A stretch of DNA of 32,000 bases from Candidatus Saccharimonadota bacterium (GTDB lineage: Bacteria > Patescibacteriota > Gracilibacteria > UBA4473). Shown here piece after piece: positions 27,292-32,000 of the stretch. Each line of letters starts with the position of its first letter. The first letter of the stretch is position 1. The position numbers and the translations under genes were made by a program. The stretch is from assembly GCA_965228485.1 (NCBI GenBank), contig OZ245819.1, positions 660,001 through 692,000 on the forward strand, given 5' to 3'. The notes below the pieces were generated by a model. That model saw nothing but the letters and a program-made list of their open reading frames with translations, did no database searches and was not told where the DNA came from.

Positions 27292-27949
27292 AATTTACAG
27301 TTATAACGCCTGTCCTTTCCTCTATAACAACTAAACCATCCCTGCGCAGCTCTCCCATAAGTTTTGTAACTGTCACACGATTAAGCCCTGTTTTTTCTGC
27401 TATTTTCTGATGTGAAATTCTTAGAGGCATTCTAAACATTTTCCCAAACAAACTTTGGTTGTGTTTCTTTTGTAAATGTCGTAAAAAATCCAAGAGTTGA
27501 TCTTTGGCTGGGCGAGACAAAGAAGTAATTCTATTCTCGTAGTCCTGATTTCTTTGGGCCATAACCTGCATCAAACGAAGCGCAATTTCAGGGTGTGCTC
27601 GAACAATACTTAAGAATTCTCCTGTTGGAGTTTTGCATATATAAGCATTTCTTGCCGCTTTCGCGGCATGATTTGTATTTCCTAGACCAAAATCGCCAAA
27701 TACATCACCTGGAAGTAACGTTTCTAAAACCACTTTTTTTTCGCCATCCTTACGGTAAAGCTCTACTTCTCCTTGTTTAATAACATAAACATGTTCAGCT
27801 GGTGAATCTGGATCATAAAACAAAGTTCCTGCTGGCACTGATTCCTCAATAGCTTCTGGAGCTGTATGAATAAGATCTTTTTCGGAAATACCTTCATAGA
27901 GATCCAAGTTTCGTAAACAAAAGACGGTGTTATCAAGATTTTTCTTCAT
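27290..27949 (-). CDS. Crp/Fnr-family transcriptional regulator (cNMP-binding domain plus HTH)
   Basis: Beta-barrel region FYDPDSPAEHVYVIKQGEVELYR...GDVFGDFGL and C-terminal HTH SHQKIAEKTGLNRVTVTKLMGELRRDGLV. 219 aa. The start lies 18 nt after the upstream stop. Confidence 0.8.
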   Translation of the reverse strand: MKKNLDNTVFCLRNLDLYEGISEKDLIHTAPEAIEESVPAGTLFYDPDSPAEHVYVIKQGEVELYRKDGEKKVVLETLLPGDVFGDFGLGNTNHAAKAARNAYICKTPTGEFLSIVRAHPEIALRLMQVMAQRNQDYENRITSLSRPAKDQLLDFLRHLQKKHNQSLFGKMFRMPLRISHQKIAEKTGLNRVTVTKLMGELRRDGLVVIEERTGVITVN

Positions 27950-27967
27950 ACCATCAATACCTTAAAG

Positions 27968-30370
27968 CTAATCTTTAAAAGTTTCAACCAGTATTTTTGC
28001 TGCTTCAGCCCTATTTAAAGAATTAAAAGGCTTAAAAGTTCCATCTTCATAGCCTTTAACAATTCCTTTATTAAAAGCTCCTAAAACCCATGGTATTTCC
28101 CATGAGTCTAGGTCTGAAAATGGCGGTTTGTCACCAAGAAAATAATCTTCTGATTTTGGTTCGTAACCGTGAATAGCCAGTAAAACTTTTACAGCTTCTG
28201 CACGCAAGAGTAGAGAATCTGGACGAACACTTCCATCTAAAAACCCTTCTAGAATATTTTTATCGTGTAATAGTGTTAAACTTTTTACTAAATCTTCTTC
28301 TCGTTGATTGATATCGTTAAAAACTAATTCTGATTCCAAAATCACATTCTTTACTTCTTCTGGATAAAGATAATGAGCGACCCAAATAAAAAATTCTCCT
28401 CTAGAAATAGCCTTATCTAAAACTATTTCTCCACTGACTGGAACTTCCACAATATTTTTTTGAGCTAACTCCATTAAATATTTATCAGCCCAATGAGTTC
28501 CGAAAGATCTGTTCCAAAATAATCGATGAGAAAAATTAAAAAGGTTATCTCCATTTTCAACTACTTCGACACAACGATAGGAGACACAAAAGGCAACATT
28601 ATCTTGCCAGGAAAATGGCTCTCCCACTAAACCTGAATAATCCTCATACAATTTAAAGTAAGCCTCTGAATAAGGTTTTACACGAATTAAACTTCTCCCT
28701 TCTGTCGTATAATCAAACGGTGATAATACTTTTTCACCATAGAGTGGTACTCCTTTATAAAGAGATAAAAAATTAGGATTATATATTGATTCTAACGCTT
28801 GAATATAATGCACTTTTTCAAAGTAGTCTAAATGATTAAAATTCGATAAATAGTTTAATGACAAATCAATTCCAAAGTACTCTAAAATAGAAGGCAATGC
28901 GGCTTCAGCTCCATCTAAAAAAGCTTCATTCTCTAAGTATGTTTTAAGATGAAAAGCCACTTGAAATTGCCCCCACCACTGAGATAAAAAACCTAAGCGT
29001 TGATAATCTAAAACGACTTCCTCCTGAGGAACTCTCTCAACATAAACTAGGCTATTTTTATACTGATTAATTTGTACAGGACGCACCTCTGATAATTCAT
29101 TAACAGACGTTAAGTTTTCAGCTTTATAAATATTTCCGAGATGATTCCAAAGAGACTGAAATTCATCTAATTCATAAAAATCATAACCAGAAGAAAAGAG
29201 ACTTATATAACTTCCATTAAAAAGCTGTGTCCAATTTGAAATTTTCACATTTTTACCAAAATCCAAAAACATGATTGGTTTAGAATATTGTTTCCAAAAA
29301 TCTATATTTTCAGGCACTTTAAAGTCAGAAAACTCTCCCAAAACCAAAATATAATCAACGCGTTCTGAATCATTTAAATTTCGAATAAATTCTCTCCAAA
29401 AATCCCAATCAGACTTACCAGTAGGAGTCGTTTCTGAAACGAATTCCCTCCAGTTTTTTTGATGCGACAACGTATTAGGCTCAAACTCTTCTGTAAGAAA
29501 AAAGAACTCTTCATCAAACAAACCTATTTTAATTCGATTATTACCAATTTCTCTTAAAACATCTGGTAATATTGTTTTGACCTTTGCCCACCTTTCTCCA
29601 TACATAGAACCAGACTGATCAATAAGGAGTAAGATATTTTTATCCTTTAAATCTGCTCTAAAAGGTCTTATGAAATGAGCGTGATAAATAAAATTATCTC
29701 GAGAATGTGAAAGCTTTGCCTCTGATTTATTAGTAATAAAGAAATTAAAATCGCCCTCAGAAAATGTATTCCCACTCCAGTGCCATACCAATGTATTATC
29801 CTCAAATAAGAAGTCTTTAGACGGATAGTTAGGTGAAAAAAAGTGAGTGGAATTCCCATGAAAAACAAGATCTATTTTTACTTCTTCATCAAAAACTTTC
29901 TCATGCAAAAAAACTGTAAGACTAGAAAAATCATGAATGGAAACTAATGGCTCAGACCATTCATACTTAATCGTATTTTCTTCTTCCTCCAATAAGAGTG
30001 GTTCACTTATTAAAAGATTTTTGAAAGGCTCTTTTCCTAGGGAAAAATACGAAGAATCATTGGTTGATCTCACAAGATCCAATAGATATTTTTTTTTATT
30101 CTCTCCCTGCAAAACCTGCTTAGAAACTCCTTTTGAATTAAGGTATAAATTTAAATTATTAGCATTGGGTGGTAATGGCTGTCGAACAATTAATGTCTCA
30201 TTATCTGAGAGGTGCTTCCAAGTCTCGACTACCTCTATGTTTGCACTGCCTCCCTGAATATCAATACGAATTGATTTTGACGATGGTCCTGACGCAAAAA
30301 CACTTCCAAAACTGGTCATCAAAATTAGAGACAAGATAGTACGAAACCAAAAATGAGATGACATAGCCAT
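27968..30370 (-). CDS. Secreted VIT-like / von Willebrand factor A / SLH-domain cell-wall-anchored protein
   Basis: Signal peptide (FRTILSLILMTSFGSVFA-SG). vWA MIDAS motif in KNILLLIDQSGSMYGERW (aa 245-260). C-terminal SLH repeats (FNDINQ...LLRAEAVKVLLAIHG; FSDLDSWEIPWVLGAFNKGIVKGYEDGTFKPFNSLNRAEAAKILVETF). The N-terminal VIT-like assignment is tentative. 800 aa. Confidence 0.8.
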   Translation of the reverse strand: MAMSSHFWFRTILSLILMTSFGSVFASGPSSKSIRIDIQGGSANIEVVETWKHLSDNETLIVRQPLPPNANNLNLYLNSKGVSKQVLQGENKKKYLLDLVRSTNDSSYFSLGKEPFKNLLISEPLLLEEEENTIKYEWSEPLVSIHDFSSLTVFLHEKVFDEEVKIDLVFHGNSTHFFSPNYPSKDFLFEDNTLVWHWSGNTFSEGDFNFFITNKSEAKLSHSRDNFIYHAHFIRPFRADLKDKNILLLIDQSGSMYGERWAKVKTILPDVLREIGNNRIKIGLFDEEFFFLTEEFEPNTLSHQKNWREFVSETTPTGKSDWDFWREFIRNLNDSERVDYILVLGEFSDFKVPENIDFWKQYSKPIMFLDFGKNVKISNWTQLFNGSYISLFSSGYDFYELDEFQSLWNHLGNIYKAENLTSVNELSEVRPVQINQYKNSLVYVERVPQEEVVLDYQRLGFLSQWWGQFQVAFHLKTYLENEAFLDGAEAALPSILEYFGIDLSLNYLSNFNHLDYFEKVHYIQALESIYNPNFLSLYKGVPLYGEKVLSPFDYTTEGRSLIRVKPYSEAYFKLYEDYSGLVGEPFSWQDNVAFCVSYRCVEVVENGDNLFNFSHRLFWNRSFGTHWADKYLMELAQKNIVEVPVSGEIVLDKAISRGEFFIWVAHYLYPEEVKNVILESELVFNDINQREEDLVKSLTLLHDKNILEGFLDGSVRPDSLLLRAEAVKVLLAIHGYEPKSEDYFLGDKPPFSDLDSWEIPWVLGAFNKGIVKGYEDGTFKPFNSLNRAEAAKILVETFKD

Positions 30371-30373
30371 CTC

Positions 30374-30401
30374 ATTTTAGAGTAAATTTTGTGTTCGACA
30401 A
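30374..30401 (-). promoter_or_regulatory. Candidate internal promoter (TTGTCG-16-TAAAAT) abutting the vWA/SLH gene start
   Basis: Minus strand reads aacTTGTCGaacacaaaatttactcTAAAATgagATGgctATG. The -10 box ends 3 nt before the first ATG and 9 nt before the second. Confidence 0.3.
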
Positions 30402-30404
30402 GTT

Positions 30405-32000
30405 TTAACGAACCGTAATTGTTTTAGATTGCTCTGAAATAATCCCGTTCTGATCAACCAATCTCATCTTTAGGATATATTCACCTGGATCAATATAAGT
30501 ATGCCTTTGTGGATCCGGTCTGAAAACTCTATATGGTTCACTTCCATCTCCAAAATCCCAAACATATTCCCGAATAATTCCTTTAGGAATAAATGGAGTA
30601 GCTTTAACTTCCAATGGTGCTGGCCCGGCACTCGGAACAACTTCAAAGTCAGCTTTAACTACTGGAGCACGGGCCGAAACAATAATCTCATCAGTGGAAG
30701 TTTTTCCTTCTGAAGTAAGCACTGTCATACGAACCACATAATTTCCTACTTTTTCAAATAAGTAATCAATCTGTGCTCCATAATTAAGCGGTTCTTGTCC
30801 TGGAAATTCCCAAATATAATTTACGATTTCGCCTTCATCAGCAGAAGAACCGGAACCATCAAATGTTATTGTAATTGGAGCCGGACCTGCTGGAGGATCC
30901 GCTACGATTTTTGCAACCACCCCTGAACGATCAACCTGTATTGGAAACAGTTTTTCATGTTCTACATTATCTGAATCTACAATTACAAGCTTTACTTCAT
31001 AGTTACCTGGATCGCGAAAAATATGCTGAACCACTTCTCCATACTGATCCTCAATTCCATCTGATTGGAAGTCCCATCTCCATTCTAATGGATCTTTAAT
31101 TTTTGACTGACTAGAATCAAAAGTTACCTCGAATGGTACCACTCCCTTGAGTATTTTATCATTCTTCTTCAGTTCTGGAGTTGTCTTAATTACTACCTCA
31201 GCATTCAAATCTGCCTTCTCCACAACAATAGTCTTTTCCGTTCTTTGTCGTTCTCCTAAATCATTTTGGACCGTCAAAGTAACTTTATAGGCTCCTGCTT
31301 CTCGAAAAACTCTCTGCAACTTTCGTCCTAAAACAGGTTCTTCTTCTCCTTCTACAAACCACTCATAACGAGTGATAAGCCCTTCTTTAACAAAGGACTG
31401 AGAACCATCAAGTAAAACTTTTAATGGAGCAAATCCTTCTAAAGGATCTTTACTACTAATCACAGCCTTCAGATCACTTTCTGGCGTTTGAACCGTAATA
31501 ATTTGCTCCGCCACATTTGTATCATTATTTCTCCCTGTCACTCGTAATCTTATTTTATACTCACCGACCTTAGTAAAAGTCTCCAAAACTGTTGGTGTTT
31601 CCTGCCTAATTTCAAATTCACCATCACCATCCAAATCCCACTCATATAACACAATTTCACCATCTGGATCTTTGGATTCTGCGGCATTAAATTCGACTTC
31701 TAGAGGGAAGGCTCCAGACTCTGGAATAGCGGTTACTTTAGCTACTACAGCTTCATTATTAATAATTACTTCCTTCTGTGACTTAAATGAAATTTCTCGT
31801 CCTTCTACACTCGAAAAATAAAAAATCTCAGCCGTCACAGGATAACGTCCATTATTTTGTCCTCTATCTAAAAATCGATGAGAAACCTTATCTCCAGAAG
31901 CATCATATTGTCCATCTCCATCAAAATCCCAGTTAATCTGCCGAATAACTGAACGATTAATCTGTGGATAAAGTCTTTCTCCAATATCAAAGTTTACGGT
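30405..32000 (-). CDS. Multi-PKD-repeat surface protein, 3' part (5' end lies beyond the window)
   Basis: The frame stays open to nt 32000 (…NWDFDGDGQYDASGDKVSHRF…), so the GTG at 31838 in the track is internal. There are 5 complete and 1 partial repeats of about 90 aa, with PKD signatures (YEWDLDGDGEFE, WRWDFQSDG, YVWDFGDGS, G-Y-V-L-V). Confidence 0.88.
   Translation of the reverse strand, partial: TVNFDIGERLYPQINRSVIRQINWDFDGDGQYDASGDKVSHRFLDRGQNNGRYPVTAEIFYFSSVEGREISFKSQKEVIINNEAVVAKVTAIPESGAFPLEVEFNAAESKDPDGEIVLYEWDLDGDGEFEIRQETPTVLETFTKVGEYKIRLRVTGRNNDTNVAEQIITVQTPESDLKAVISSKDPLEGFAPLKVLLDGSQSFVKEGLITRYEWFVEGEEEPVLGRKLQRVFREAGAYKVTLTVQNDLGERQRTEKTIVVEKADLNAEVVIKTTPELKKNDKILKGVVPFEVTFDSSQSKIKDPLEWRWDFQSDGIEDQYGEVVQHIFRDPGNYEVKLVIVDSDNVEHEKLFPIQVDRSGVVAKIVADPPAGPAPITITFDGSGSSADEGEIVNYIWEFPGQEPLNYGAQIDYLFEKVGNYVVRMTVLTSEGKTSTDEIIVSARAPVVKADFEVVPSAGPAPLEVKATPFIPKGIIREYVWDFGDGSEPYRVFRPDPQRHTYIDPGEYILKMRLVDQNGIISEQSKTITVR

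Noticed and set aside
30371-30404. TTGTGTTCGACAA as a Crp/Fnr-type operator upstream of the vWA/SLH gene
   Set aside because: Only 4-bp arms (TTGT/ACAA) are complementary. It does not fit TGTGA-N6-TCACA or TTGAT-N4-ATCAA.

Overview
AT-rich, tightly packed bacterial chromosomal window with about 30 protein genes and one tRNA. I saw no rRNA, CRISPR array or recognisable mobile element. The centre (6.2-27.3 kb) is mostly housekeeping: prfA, class-I DAHP synthase, an ECF-type sigma factor, ruvX, secG, ilvE, ychF, rpsU, prmC, an AI-2E/PerM permease, rpmG, a 2Fe-2S ferredoxin, def, ftsH, gmk, comM/yifB, a TIM-barrel isomerase-like gene, a tsaB-like gene, ruvA, tRNA-Ala(GGC), an OmpR-type response regulator, secY and a Crp/Fnr regulator. 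Both edges carry accessory cell-surface loci. At the left (1-6191) a C-terminally membrane-anchored coiled-coil protein is followed 11 nt later by a 1501-aa secreted protein that contains an unrecognised cysteine-rich repeat array. At the right (27290-32000) a protein with at least 6 PKD repeats, a VIT-like/vWA/SLH wall-anchored protein and the Crp/Fnr regulator lie on one strand. The best-supported new signal is a 14-codon leader ORF ([14 protein letters not shown]) with its own TTGACA-17-TAGATT promoter and mutually exclusive antiterminator/terminator hairpins directly upstream of the DAHP synthase gene. This looks like a classical ribosome-mediated attenuator. Window-wide oddities: every stop codon is TAA or TAG and none is TGA, although no in-frame TGA is needed. 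No gene has a Shine-Dalgarno motif, and several -10 boxes sit 3-11 nt from start codons. Three convergent gene pairs share overlapping stop codons. The phylum cannot be assigned from this window alone. All homology calls rest on motifs I recognise by eye, not on searches.
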